Shown: positions 32,084-45,322, counted from the whole stretch's first letter. The stretch: 63,208 nucleotides of DNA, filler included, from Choristocarpus tenellus KU-1152 (GCA_964200185.2; 10 parts of 10 records of this genome joined end to end with filler, not necessarily neighbours in it), one strand, 5' to 3'. Notes: a model not told the origin generated them from the letters alone. Made by a program: numbers and translations.

Positions 32084-35000
32084 NNNNNNNNNNNNNNNNN
32101 NNNNNNNNNNNNNNNNNNNNNNNNNNNTTAATTAATTAANNNNNNNNNNNNNNNNNNNNNNNNNNNNNNNNNNNNNNNNNNNNGGGAATCTTGTTTGTTT
32201 GCTCATCGTTCCCGAATCTACGGGTGCTGGATTAAGGAGAACACACTCGCTCCCCCAAAGCAAGACCACATGATCCAGACTTATGGCAAAACTCTGGAGA
32301 ATAGTCCAGAGTGACGTTCGTCATTTCTTTTGATGTGCTTGGCATATACTTTTGTCTTGGAGTTCTGTCACGGTAAGATTATGCCAGGAGAGCGACAACA
32401 TGTTTTAGAAAGACTGAAGAGACTCTGAGGTAGAAGGTACACACAGTATTCTCCTTTCTTACGGTGAGGCGGGAGATGCGCATTAACACGTAACATTTTT
32501 TTTTAAAAAGCGCTCGTCATCGTTTCCATCCTATCCATGAAGTTTATGATTGATTTTCCAGCTCACCACGATTAAATACTACAAAAACGACATTGCACCC
32601 CATCAATTCTGTGCCGCTTTCTTCGGGCATGCCCATGGGTGAACAAAATCGGGGTACGTACTGTGTTCTACATGTACAAAAGGTAATTATACTATAAATA
32701 AAAAAAATAAACTTTTCTATTTTAGGCAAAGTTTGAAACCCGAAATTAGATGACAAAGCAGCAAAGAATGCACCAACCTCCTGGGTAGTTCATATACAAG
32801 TCCAATCACACTTGAGCCACTTGTGGTGCGTGCGCGACTTCTAGTCATCTCGTTTGAGACTATCCCCACACTCAATGCCCCGCCAAAAAACACGTTACAC
32901 TTGTGCTCTCACTAGAATATAACTAAAAGTGGTATCGAGAACCGAGCTAACATCGTCTCCATTTGTACATGTTGATCTCTTTGCCAGGTTGCGAAAGTTG
33001 GGAAGGAGTTCATTAGCGTGCTTTTCCTTCATCGGGAGGGGATGTCCGACACGGGGGAATGCGGTCCGCACTGCCATTCCCAAGAGTTCCGTCCCTACCT
33101 TGGACGTGTTATTGGACGTCGGTTGTACTCGTCGTCGACCTCCTGCCGTGCAGTAAAGCAGTACAGTGGTAGACAGCAAGAGGTGGTAACTGATTTGTTC
33201 TTCAGCGTAAAGGACCTCTTCTACTGTAGTGATGTCTTTTTACGGTGGGATAATCTACCCTCTTCTCTTTCTATGCCACAAACAGAATAAATAGCCTATG
33301 TATGAACAACACCTAACACAAAAAACAAAACACATGAAACTCGTTAACCCCAATTTCTTCAACACACTAGTATTATTAGTACTTGTACTGTACATCGTAC
33401 TAATGGTACTGATATTTATTTCAAAAAGGAACAAATTAATATAAATAACTTGATTTCTACTCCTCATTTTGATTATTCTTGAGACACCAAATTCCTGTTT
33501 GTACCACCTCCCATTTCCCTCCCTACATCACTACCAAAAGGCATCGCAATCTATACACGATGTGTGATGCATTGGAAAGATCAGGATCCTGGTATTCCAC
33601 GTACTCCTGGTATTTAGAGGAGTCCTAGACGTGTTGTGCAGCAAGTGGCTCTAGAAATTGAGAGGCGACTTGGACGATTGTCTGATGGGGGGTTGGGAGC
33701 AATCTCGACCCGACCAAGGAACAAACTCTTCCAAGTGTTGGGCATCAGAGAGAGGTGCATCGGAAAAATCAGGATCTTTGCGTTCCACAGGTGTGGTCTT
33801 GGTCGTCAGTCAGGGGTGTCCTAGGGGTTGCATGGTGACATGTAGAAGTCGACAGGTCGGTTTGGGGATTTTTGACCGATAGAGGGAGGGTTGGGAATAA
33901 TATTCTCGATCTGACCTCGTCCTATCAACGCACGGATTCTTCCACATATAGGTCGGCACACCACTGTCTCAGAATCGCACTGTTCGAGGTTGTTGATGAT
34001 GTGATACAATTGACCCCGCATAGGGAGTATGGCAATTGGGGGGGGTTCTTGTGACCTTTGCTACAGGATGGAGCATGGGGAAGCAGCGAAAGCTAGGAAA
34101 AACACAGAGCAAGGGTTAGAATGCGGGAGAGAGAAAGAATACAAGGGGGAAGTTCGTACCCTTGAGTATAGTCGCCAAATATGCCCGGACGAGGAGTTTG
34201 AAGCTGAAGATGACCGAGAGGAGGATGAAAAGAGTGTGTTGAGGGAGAACTCCTATTATCCTCCTTGGACTGAGAGTGACACATTCGAATTAGTGTTTTG
34301 ATATTGAGGAGAATAGAGAAGAGAATAATGAAGAAGAGGATGATGATGAGGATGTGAACGAGTAGTGACTGGACGGATGTGGCAGCCACAGAGCATGTAA
34401 ATGCTTCAATTCTTCAGTGACCCATACGTCAATGAACAAAGCCCGGAAGGCCAGTCCCAGACAGTAACATGCCGGGATACATCTATGCTTAGTATCCTCC
34501 ATTAGCAGAATGCATTCTTCACGTGTGTCTGTGTGTGCTATCATTGCTCTGATTCATATCAATTAAGGATGCAGGCAGGTTTGGACCCTTCTGCATTCCA
34601 AGATATCGTTGTACCTGATAGCCGATACCTGAATTTTTTACAGCGAGATTTGTTGAAACTGATATCTGATAGTTGATACAAGTGAGTTATTTCCGAAATT
34701 GTTCTGTTATTCTGTATGTGATCCACGTAGGTATCATCACGCCTCTCAAGGTTGATTCCTCCTCGTCTAGTGAGATATTGGGGTCAAGAATGTTTAATCC
34801 TGGTGAGAACCTCTTACCACTCGGTGATATAATATTAGTAATATTAATCGTAACAGTAGTAGTAATAGAAATAAAAGTAAAATTTGATGTAGTAATAGCT
34901 GTTCGATTAGACTCTTCCAACTCTATCGGACAGTAGTTACGGTAAAATATGTATGGAGTAATGGAACAATCAATTAGTGGTTGAGTTATCAGAACCTTTA

Positions 35001-35868
35001 ACTAGTGATTAGTTGAATGAGAATCTTTCTCATATAAAAGGAAATATTTCTGATTGTATGGGGCCTTGCATCCCCCACCTAAATATAATCACTCTACAGA
35101 CACCAAGCAATATCGCCGGGTTTATCACCTTTATCCTCTTTGATGATTTTGGGGATACTTTAACAATAGCAACAATAATAGTAATAGTAATGATTGTATG
35201 TGACAGATCCTCTTGGTTGAGGACTCCACTTATCTATTTGAAGATTGACGTTATGTGATTGTACTGGTATGTATGACTGCAATCCTTTCCTTTGACAGTT
35301 TGCCCATGTTTGACAACATCTACAATTTGGATGGTATACTAGTGGGCACTGTTCAGTGATTGGTGGGTCACTGAACTCGATGATGAAGAGAAGAGAGGAG
35401 AAGAGACATCACCTCAGACTACTCAGATGGCAAGACGCCTGGATTGGACAACCTCCTTTAATCAGTTGATGCTGAGTTTTCACGCTTTGTGCACTTAACC
35501 CTTATGAGTCCTTCATGCACAACTACTATTGGGAATGACAGAGGTGAGAGGCAAGGGTGGGTGTGGTGGGTATATGGAGAGAGTGTTTTGGGTTCAATCT
35601 ACGATGAAATGTGCTCTTTGGAGTTGGAGTGTCTTGCTTCTCTCCTTCTTCCTTTGTCTCTGTATCTTTGAAACCCTATCTTTTAACCTTTTGTACCTTG
35701 GGGAAAGACTATACTGTAGTGTAGGTGTAGTTTGTAAAGGTAGTGGTATGTAACACTGGAGTGATTTGTTAGACTTCCAATAATCACTTCTTTCCTGTTT
35801 TTTCTTTGGGGAGGTGGGGAGGGTTAATTAACTATATTTTTGAGTTCAAGTTATTGATAGGTATTAAT

Positions 35869-35947
35869 CAGGTGGCACTGTCTAGACGTGTCATGCATTT
35901 TAAGCTAGAGTCACCAGGGAGATTGGCACGGAGGGGTTTATTTTGGA
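35869..35947 (+). mobile_element. 5'-truncated fragment of the same RLE non-LTR family
   Basis: QVALSRRVMHFKLESPGRLARRGL matches QVALSRRVMRLKLESPRRWVRRGL of the element at 9152-9700. Confidence 0.8.
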
Positions 35948-36134
35948 NNNNNNNNNNNNNNNNNNNNNNNNNNNNNNNNNNNNNNNNNNNNTTAATTAAT
36001 TAANNNNNNNNNNNNNNNNNNNNNNNNNNNNNNNNNNNNNNNNNNNNCGCCCATCGATTGGAGACACCAAGATTCTTGCTTACGGAATGAGAAAACCAAT
36101 TGCTGTATCTGCCACTAGGGGAGCAGGACATTAG

Positions 36135-37533
36135 CAGGAGCAGTAACTAAGCCTCCACCAGAAAGGAAAGGAGGAGCGAACCGTGGGGAGCCTGGGAGCA
36201 CTCTAGCCGCTGGGACCATAAACTCATGGAAGAGAACACAGAAGGTCAGCGAAGGAGGCGGCCAAGAAACAACTGGTCAACGTATGGACCATATTACAAC
36301 AAGATCCCCTACCAGAGACGAGATCAGGACCAACAGAAGATGTTTAAACTGTGGGCTGATCAAGCATATTGGTCCTTTGACCCAAAGTATCTGGGCGGGT
36401 GGGGGGGATCTACACCAGGGTGTCCANNNNNNNNNNTTGGTCCCTTCCCCCAAAAGTTCGGGGGGGGGGGGGGGGAAATCTACACCAGGGTGTCCATTTG
36501 GACCAAAATCAGGAAAAATGTATTTACAGTATCCATCTGACGTATGTAACCAAATAACCCAAAAATCGCGACATGAAAAATTGACCCCCCAAATGGACAG
36601 CCGCTTCCCCCTCCTAGATACTTTGAGTCATTGTTCTTTCGAAGGAATATGCTACAAATGTGGACGTAAAGGAAACCTTCTGATCGTTTGTCACCAGAGG
36701 AGAGCGACACCGACTAAACAGGCGGAGCAATTAGATGGACCAGGGTTTGAGTCAGAAAAGGAAAACACTGGAAGCTTGTCAGCAAAGGGCTGCCTGCACA
36801 AGACTTGTAAGTCTAGGAAGTAAATGGTATCTACTCCAGACCATCGAGAACCATCTGCCATATCAGAGGCACCCTGGAGAGGAAGGTTGTTAGCAAAGGA
36901 CTTCACTCAACGAGAGGATGTACAAGACATTCAATTATGATAGGCTTCAAGCCTGGGGGAGTAAATGCCACGTCCAACAAGAGAAACAGCAAAAGGGGGC
37001 TGGTTCAAATTCTAACCATACACTAAGTGAGGGGTCGTCATGGGACACGATTGTACATCGCTGTGTTGGTGCATCTAAAGAAGCAAGACTAGATGAATGG
37101 CGTATGTTTGAGTTCAAGGAATCAGTGTTCTTTTATTGCGTTGACAAGCTTCCTCTGTTTTTCTTTTCTGGCTCAAACCCTGGTCCAGCTAATTCCTCCG
37201 CCTGTCTAGACGGTGTCACTCTCCTCTGGTGACAAATGATCTGAAGGTTTCCTTTACCTCCACAGTTGTAGCATATTCCTTCGAAAGAACAAGGCCAGTA
37301 TGCTTGATCAGTCCACAGTTTAAATATCTTCTGTTGGTCCTGATCTCGTCTCTGGTAGGGGATCTTGTTGTAATATGGTCTATACGTTGACCAGTTGTAC
37401 CTTGGCCGCCTCCTCCGCTGACCTTCTGTGTTCTCTTCCATGAGTTTATGGTCCCAGCGGCTAGAGTGCTCCCAGGCTCCCCACGGTTAGCTCCTCCTTT
37501 CCTTTCTGGTGGAGGCTTAGTTACTGCTCCTGC
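36135..37533. mobile_element. Copia-like gag remnant present as an inverted duplication
   Basis: 36135-36786 (+) and 37133-37533 (-) are highly similar copies encoding two degenerate zinc knuckles (CLNCGLIKH..C; CYKCGRKGN...C). The spacer holds a post-integrase-like remnant (LQAWGSKCHV). Confidence 0.75.
36379..36629 (-). mobile_element. MITE family B copy inserted in one arm of the gag duplication
   Basis: TIRs GACCCAAAGTATCT...AGATACTTTGAGTC. Absent from the other arm. Contains a 10-N gap. Confidence 0.85.
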
Positions 37534-38339
37534 CAAGTTAATTTGCACACTAGAGAAGCGTCCCAAGAACCTATGTTGTAGTTCTTGTTATTTGGGTGTT
37601 TACGGTTAGGGACAGGTTTAGCGTTAGCGTTGCATAGGGATGTTTCCACTACCACCACAACCTTTACGAAAATATATACTTTGCACTACACTGTTTCTGT
37701 TCTTCTATCTTCTATCCCATTATATTAACAACTATTGAGCTATGTATATTCCTTAGAGGTATATTCCTTCGTTCTCTTCTAGTGTTTTTGTTTTGGCTTT
37801 GAAAAAAGATTACAGATAGGAATAACAAGTAACTTGTATGCTAATTTCTCCTCTAACCTAAAACATCTCCACACTACTCTCAATCGTTATCTTAATCTGA
37901 CAGTGTTTTTCCCTCTGCTTTCGTTACTTTGGTGCATTCTATTGTCGGTAGTCCCTTTTAAGGCTACCCTCAATATTTTTAATCAGTCAATGAGCCAACC
38001 TATCTTACCTGACCACAAACATTATTTTGAATTTCGTCATATTAGTCGTCTCATGTTGACAAAACCTACCTCGAAGTGGATAACACAACTCGGTCAGCGG
38101 GAGTCAGAACCCCATTTGTTTGTGGCTACATCTGTGTAACCTTCTACATGGTACCTTGTCTACACTTCAGCTCGTCATTGCGGATGCCACCCACGGAATT
38201 TGTGGCACTGCGAATTCTGACGGAGATGATGAGAGACGAAGAGGCTGTGCTGAAATTGTAACAATCCCAATGACTATATTTCTGATTAAGAGAAGAGTTG
38301 CAAGGGCAATCACAATGATGAGCTCATCGTTCTGTGAGT

Positions 38340-39024
38340 TGTTAAGACATAGGCTACTCATTCGATATGTTTTGATACGATACAGCATCGTCAGCTCACA
38401 CTGAATGCTGATTCGTCCATTGTCTGGTTGCTATTCCCATTCCCATCATTAGTCTTCACACTTTGCTCAACCACTGTCAGTACTTCACAGTGGATAGAGA
38501 AACAATAGGAACAGTCGCTATCATACACACATTCTATGAGGGATGTTAGTTATGTTTGATATGGACTCAAGCTTGCCTTCTTGTTTCTTCTTTGTTTTTT
38601 TCTTCTTCATCTCCATGACGCAAGTTATGAATTGCATTGGATGTGTTGATTAATGTTTTTACTTGACTGACATTGCCCCATCGAAAGTCACCCATCACTC
38701 TGTAACACGTATAAGACACACGCTGGAATGCAATATAAACAGAGTTAAAACCATCCTTCAAAACCCTTCTCTCTCTGCCAAGGTGACAACCCTCTTCACA
38801 GAGGATTAATTTCTTCATTTGAATGTCTCAATGAATGACCACACAGTTCTATCAATCACCGTCTGCTTGAGAAAAATATGCTACAGACACATCAGTACCC
38901 TTCTCACTTCAACCAAAGTCTCATTGAGTAAGACATCCCTTCAGACACATCAAACCGTATCCGCAGGTGCCTTGTTGCACTACGACACACACTTACCTCA
39001 AATCATGCAAATTACATCTCAACC
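38340..39024 (+). mobile_element. Probable LTR, related to 52394-52814
   Basis: Starts TGTTAAGACATAGGCTACTCA and shares the AGAGTTAAAACCATCC..GCCAAGGTGACAA block with the solo LTR at 52394. The 3' boundary is approximate. Confidence 0.55.
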
Positions 39025-39154
39025 AAAGGCTCAAAGTATCTGGGAGGGGGTGGCNNNNNNNNNNNNNNNNNNNNNNNNNNNNNNNNNNNNNNNNNNNNTT
39101 AATTAATTAANNNNNNNNNNNNNNNNNNNNNNNNNNNNNNNNNNNNNNNNNNNN

Positions 39155-39663
39155 CACTAACAAGTAAACTCACTACTAAGTACACTCACTACCAAGTACA
39201 CTCACTACTAAGCACACTCACTACCAAGTACACTCACTACTAAGCACACTCACTACTAAGCACACTCACTACCAAGTACACTCACTACCAAGTACACTCA
39301 CTACCAAGTACACTCACTACTAAGTACACTCACTACCAAGTACACTCACTACTAAGTACACTCACTACTAAGTACACTCACTACTAAGTACACTCACTAC
39401 TAAGTACACTCACTACTAAGTACAGTCACTACCAAGTACACTCACTACTAAGCACACTCGCTACCAAGTACACTCACTACTAAGCACACTCACTACCAAG
39501 TTCAATCACTACTAAGTACACTCACTATTGAGCACACTCACTACTGAGCACACTCACTACCGAGTACACTCACTACTAAGCACACTCACTACTAAGTACA
39601 CTCACTACTAAGTACACTCACTACTAAGTACACTCACTACCAAGTACACTCACTACTAAGTAC
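39155..39663. repeat. 16-bp minisatellite (CACTCACTACYAAGYA)n, about 31 copies
   Basis: Head-to-tail units with variation mainly at two Y positions and no spacers. Runs into the contig start. Confidence 0.95.
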
Positions 39664-39707
39664 CAGAGTAGACGATTGAGGACAAAACAGGCATGAAGCC
39701 ATTTTGT

Positions 39708-39964
39708 GACTCAAAGCATTTAAGAGGGTAGGGCCGCGTCAATTTGAGGTAATAAATCCGATGTTGCGATTTTGATGAATTTGGCTATCGTATTTGTTAG
39801 CAAGTGTCAGTATCCTTGCTCCAGACACACAATTCATAGTCTTACACATTTTAGGTATCTGTGTTCATACAGAAAAACAAAAAAGGGCATGAAAAGCCCG
39901 TGGGAAGCCGAGCCCCATATGGACAAACAGGGCAAAACTCCTACCCTCTTAAATGCTTTGACTC
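39708..39964 (+). mobile_element. MITE family A copy
   Basis: TIRs GACTCAAAGCATTTAAGAGGGTA ... TACCCTCTTAAATGCTTTGACTC. Confidence 0.85.
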
Positions 39965-40300
39965 TTGAGATGAAACGTAATACTACATAGGACGTCAGTA
40001 TAAGTATGCCTTGAGCCGAACCAAGCAAACTTTCAAGAATAGGGTTAGTGATCATGATGATAGGAACAAACCTTTTTCCTCTTCTGGTAGTAGTAAGACT
40101 GAGGAGTAGGAGACATGGCACAAGACACAAACTGTGCTCTTTCATTTGGCTTGCAACTTCTGTAATGTGGTCAATGTGGTCAATGTGGTCAATGTGCAAT
40201 AGATGAAATCCCTTTTGATTTATATTATAAGAAGGTGATGGAGGGGCATGTACTTTGCGATTGGCCTACAAACTCATAACCATATATTGCACATCTCCCG

Positions 40301-40492
40301 AGCTCAGAGTATCTGGGGGGGGGTGGAAATTGTCCATTTGGGGCCCATTTTTCCATGTCACAATATTTGGGTGATTGGTCATATGTGTAGGATGGATAGT
40401 GTAAGTTCACTTCTCCTGGTCAGGGCCCGAATGGGCACCCTGGTGTAGACCCCTCGCCCCTCACCCGCGCCCGTCCTTTGACCCCCACTTGA
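40301..40492 (+). mobile_element. MITE family B copy
   Basis: CTCAGAGTATCTGGGGGGGGGTGG..GTCCATTTGGGG..CACCCTGGTGTAG, same family as 16672 and 44911. Confidence 0.75.
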
Positions 40493-40719
40493 TACACCAA
40501 ATAATATTCCATGTACTTGAACCTCACCACATACTCTAGAATGTTGTTTGAGTAATGGAATGAATGGATACACTATCCACCTACAATATCGGATTGTCTG
40601 CTGTCTGAAGTGAAACACCCTTCCAGAAGCACAAAAGGCCTACCCCAGTAAGGCGAAATAAAGGAGATATATAGCACTGCTTTGCCCTCTTAGCCCAAAT
40701 CCTTCCCAACATGTTTCAC

Positions 40720-43700
40720 CTGAGAGGTGTTCTGTGAGAAGTGAACAAAGTCTGCAAAGTCTAGGTTCACAGTAAAAACGGGTTGCTGTTGGTCTTGGCC
40801 CTTGTCATATACCAGGGCTGTCACCTTCTGATCAGCATACTCTACACCCAACGATTCAGGGTCCCACCTGCATTTCTTGGAGTCACATGATGGTAAAGGC
40901 TAGACAAGTTTATTTGAGTTAGGTTGTAAGATCATCGTGGCATGGATGGGGAGGGGTGGGTAGAGGGAGAGGGGGAGCTATTGGTGGAAAATCAGAGGAT
41001 CATGTTATAAATGATGAGCTGAAACTGCAGCAAGGGGTTTAGGGAAATGACAGGTATGGGAATGGATAACAGATCCATTTACAGTATCTCAACAAATAAT
41101 CAAAATGCTTGGGAGATCATCTCTTATCAACCTGGCAAAACATGTTTGCTTTTGTTCAGAAGCACTGCCAGACTGTACAAGTAAAATTGATGCGAGCAAA
41201 GCATTCTGTAGTGAGATAAAATAATTTGACGACATGTAAGAGCATGCCTGTTGGCTTCTTTTCTGGAGTACATAGATAGAGAGACCTAGGTTGTCCACTT
41301 CATTGCCATTGCTTGACTACAACAGTTCTATTGTGCCCAACTATCCATTAATGATAGTCCACCCACCAGGTCCTTCATTTCTTCCCCCTTAGAGCCTTCT
41401 TGCAACTTTCTCTTCAGCTTGCCTGCTTTGAAAAGCTGTGCTCATGGCTCCCCTGATGATAAGGGGGCGGTTCATCTGAAAGTGCTCCCTCAAGATCCCT
41501 TTTGCTGCCTCATCCCGGGATACCTCCCGTACAAGTCCGTTCCCTGTATGTCCTTGACTATGTCCCCCTAATCCTGTCTCTATGTCCTCCCCTCTCTCAT
41601 TCCCATCTTCATGTGCTGCTGGTTGAACCTCGGTTTCATGACCATCACAAAGTTGAGTTACCCATTGTTGCATTGGCTTGTTCCATTGTGGTGGTTGATT
41701 CTTAGCGCCCTTGTTGCCAATTTGACCATTTCCACCTATATTTCCATTGCCTTTTCCACCTCCACTGAGCATAAGATCGGTGGGAAAATGACCTCGGTGG
41801 ACATCAGTGATGAACTTCTCGCACCAAAGCCTCCTCTCTTCATCAAACTCCTCCGACTGGTGAATGTTGGACTCTGCCAAAAGTCGAGCAACATTTGTCT
41901 GAGCTGTTACCCCATCCTCCCACACCTTGCTCATATCTGCATTGTCTGTCATGTGGCACTGCTCAGGGCTACCAAAAGGGACGCCATCCAAGAGCGAATT
42001 CACACGGGCATGGGCACAGGGTAGCCACCGAGGTTGACACCGTCCTATGAGCAGGATACTATTGCTATTGCCTGAAAAGCCTGCTAGGGTCATGCAGTAC
42101 ATGGGGTCCAGAAGCCCCCCACTCCCCTTGAAGCAGGAGATGCATGCTGCCTCAGCATTGCCAATGTTCATCACTGATGACCAACCCTCGCCCTGTTCAG
42201 CCCAGTTTGACTTCCTATTCATGAAAGTGTTCATCTTCACCCTCCTTGGGGCATTGCCAGGTCCTGAATCTGAATTCAATCCATGCAGCATGGCTCTCTC
42301 CCCAGTTGCATTTCTTTCCAATCTTTCAACATCTCCCGCTTCTGACTTTCCCCTCTGTTTGAGGTCATCTTCCGGCTCCTGCCTGTAATCCCAACTGAAA
42401 GTTAAAGGCGTGGTTCCTAGCACATCTTCCTCGCCCTCAGCCTCTAACGACTGCCTAGAAGTGGCATCTTTATTACTTCCTGGATCCGTAGACACCCCTC
42501 TCCCAGTCCCTGCAGTTTTCTCCAGGTATGTGCTCACCTCAACACCCACATCATGCCTAGCCCCCCCTCGTATCCCCACACCCCTCTTTGCCCCTGCCCC
42601 TGCCCCCCAGAGCTTGCTCTCTGGTCCTCTTCCTCTTCCCTTGCCCTTCCTTGCGAGGATATTGACCCATCTGTGCAGAGCCAGGTCTTGTGGAGAAGCC
42701 TCATCGGCAAGGAAAGGAGCTGTGACATGATTGTGATCAGGGCCAGGACCAGGCGGAAAAACGAGGTTCCAGCCGCCCCGCCTCCTGTGCCGAGCTTCAA
42801 AGTTAGCGATTGCCCTGACAGTTCCCTTGACACTCCAGACTGAGGAGGCACGGTGAAGGTGGTCTGGGTTGCCTACAGCTCTGAATGAACCTGTTGGTGA
42901 AGAGTGAAAGTATCTTAGGGTTAGGGTACGAGTTTAGATCTGTTTGTCCGTTTGGTGCTTGACTTCCCACAGGGTTTTTAATGACATTTTCCTACTCCAA
43001 AATGTTTGGGAATAGGTAAAACGTCTATGTTATGAAAATATATGAAAGTCGTGTCCAGAACAAGGATATTGACACTTCCTAACAACGCGATAGCCAAAAA
43101 TTTATAAAAATTGCAACATTGGATTTTGCCCCCAAACGGACGCGGCTTTACCCTCCAAGCTACTTTGGCTCTGAAGTTCAATAGTTGTACAAATAAGGGA
43201 AGTTATTTCTAGGGGCTTTGTTCGAGCCGAGGGGATAGTATGAACACAGATAATCTTTTTGAGTAGGCCTGGTTATACCTTTGCTGTGAGTATTTATTTT
43301 TGTGGTATCAGAGACTGAGCTGCAATGGGAAGGGGAAAAGTTATACTACACAGTTTGCCATTGATGGATGAGTGACTGTAGTACTAGTGTATGGATCCAA
43401 AAATAGATATCTCCAATGCAAATATCGATTGAAAAACTTGCCATCACTTATTGGTCTTGAGATATATCAGAGCCAAAGTATCTTAGAGGGTAGAGCCGCG
43501 TCCATTTGGGGCCCAGTATTCAATGTTACAATTTTGATGTAATTTTGACTATCATGTTTGTTAGGGAGTGTGTCAATATCCTTGTTCCGAACACACATTT
43601 TTATAACTAATATATTTTAACTACTCTGGAACATATCAAAGTAGGTAAAGTGTCATAAAAAAACTGTGGGAAGGCAAGCCCTAAATGGACAAACAGGGCA

Positions 43701-44275
43701 AAACTCGTACCCTCTAAGAAACTTTAACTCTCAAGAACATCAGAGCCAAAGTATCTTAGAGGGTAAGGCCGTGTCCATTTGGGGACCAAAGTCCAATGTT
43801 GCGATTTTTATGTAATTTCGGCTATCGTGTTTGTTAGGAAGTGTCAATATCCATGTTCTGGACACACCTTTTCATAATGTATAAATTTCCCTACTCCGAA
43901 AATATTGGAGTAGGAAAATATCATAAAAGAATCCATGGGCAGTCAAGCCCCAAATAGACAAACAAGGCAAAACTCGTACCCTCCAAGATACTTTCACTCT
44001 CTGAGGAACTGCGGGTAAAGGCAGCCACACCACAAGGATGTTCCACATTCTGTTTAAAGAGGAGCAAAGGACCCACCCTTAGGGTCTTTCCCCATCAGCT
44101 CTGCTTCCACCTTTGCGACAGCTTCAGTCAAGTCATGATTCTCTTCCAGCTCTGCTCCCTTGGGACCCCAGCCGTGCATGGTGAGCAAGTCAGTGAGAAC
44201 AGTTCTTTTGATGATAGCATCAATAGGTCCAATGACACCAGTAGAAGGTACCATCTCCACTTCAAGAAGCCACAC
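40720..44275 (-). CDS. Partial gene: C-terminus of a TTL/TTLL ATP-grasp-like domain followed by a JmjC/cupin-like N-terminal region
   Basis: Exon 44275-44077 (VWLLEVEMVPS..IDAIIKRTVLTDLL) is spliced in phase 1 to exon 42890-~41408 (..FEARHRRRGGWNLVFP..long linker..LREHFQMNRPLIIRGAM). Next comes exon ~40899-40720 (RWDPESLGVEYADQKVT..LDFADFV). Both ends of the gene are unresolved. Confidence 0.65.
42902..43999. mobile_element. Cluster of three MITE family A copies in one intron
   Basis: 42902-43171 (reverse), 43470-43730 (flanked by TCA on both sides) and 43743-43999. TIRs GAG(C/T)(C/G)AAAGTATCTTAGAGGGTA. Confidence 0.9.
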
Positions 44276-44910
44276 CTAAAAAAACAGTACATTTGAAGAC
44301 AGAGTTTGATTGGTTATTAAGACGACGGAAATGAGGATGATATTCTGGGGTGGGATCCGGAAGACAAGGAGACAGGGGATGGGGTGAAGGGCAAGGGAAA
44401 AAGGCAAGGAAAGATGAGAGAACAAGGATGGGGATCAGGGATCAAAGAGTTAAAAGAGAGGCCAGTAGGAGGTGTAGAGGCTAAGGGGAACACCTGAAGA
44501 CCGAGGTTGGAGAGAGTGGAGTGGGTGGGACAAAAACTAGGGCTTTGTCTTCACAATAGTTTAATAGGTGACTTTACGGCTATGGCCATAACCTCAAAAG
44601 GAGGATTTCATATTGCTGTGGCATACTGCCAAGGCTAAGGTGCTAGAGGCTGTTGCACAATGAAGACACCCAATAGACTCAATGTGGCATAGTGATGGAC
44701 TTTCTGTTTCAGGGAACTATTAATAATATCGATAATTCCCATTTTTGTATTATATCTTTGCCTACACCTCAATCTTGGCACATAGACCATGAAAATCCGC
44801 TTCCTTCATCATGAGATCCACTCTCCTTCGTGGCACCAATTGGTGCTAGCCCCTACATCATTGCCCATTTGGACAAGTGTGGGTATGTGGCTATCATGGG
44901 ATATGTTAGA

Positions 44911-45092
44911 GACTCAAAGTATCTGGGGGGGGGGTGGCGGCTGTCCATTTGGGGCCAGTTTTTTCATGTCACGTTTTTGTGTGATTTGGTTCCATACGTC
45001 GGATGGATCATGAAAGTACACTCTTCCTGGTTTTGGCCCAAATAGACACCCTGGTGTACCCCCCCCACCCCCCCCCCCACATACCTTGGGTC
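44911..45092 (+). mobile_element. MITE family B, complete copy
   Basis: GACTCAAAGTATCTGGGGGGGG ... CCCCCCCACATACCTTGGGTC, flanked by TAGA on both sides. Confidence 0.85.
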
Positions 45093-45322
45093 TAGACTTG
45101 AAAAAAGAAAAACAAAANNNNNNNNNNNNNNNNNNNNNNNNNNNNNNNNNNNNNNNNNNNNTTAATTAATTAANNNNNNNNNNNNNNNNNNNNNNNNNNN
45201 NNNNNNNNNNNNNNNNNTGATCCCAAATGGACAGCCGCCACCCCCTCCCAGATACTTCGAGCCTTGTGCGATACACATTTTTTTCCCTTCCTTCTACCAG
45301 TCTTACAAGAAGAGACCCATGA

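Noticed and set aside
39155-39663. CRISPR array
   Set aside because: Units are contiguous with no unique spacers, there are no cas genes, and the context is eukaryotic.
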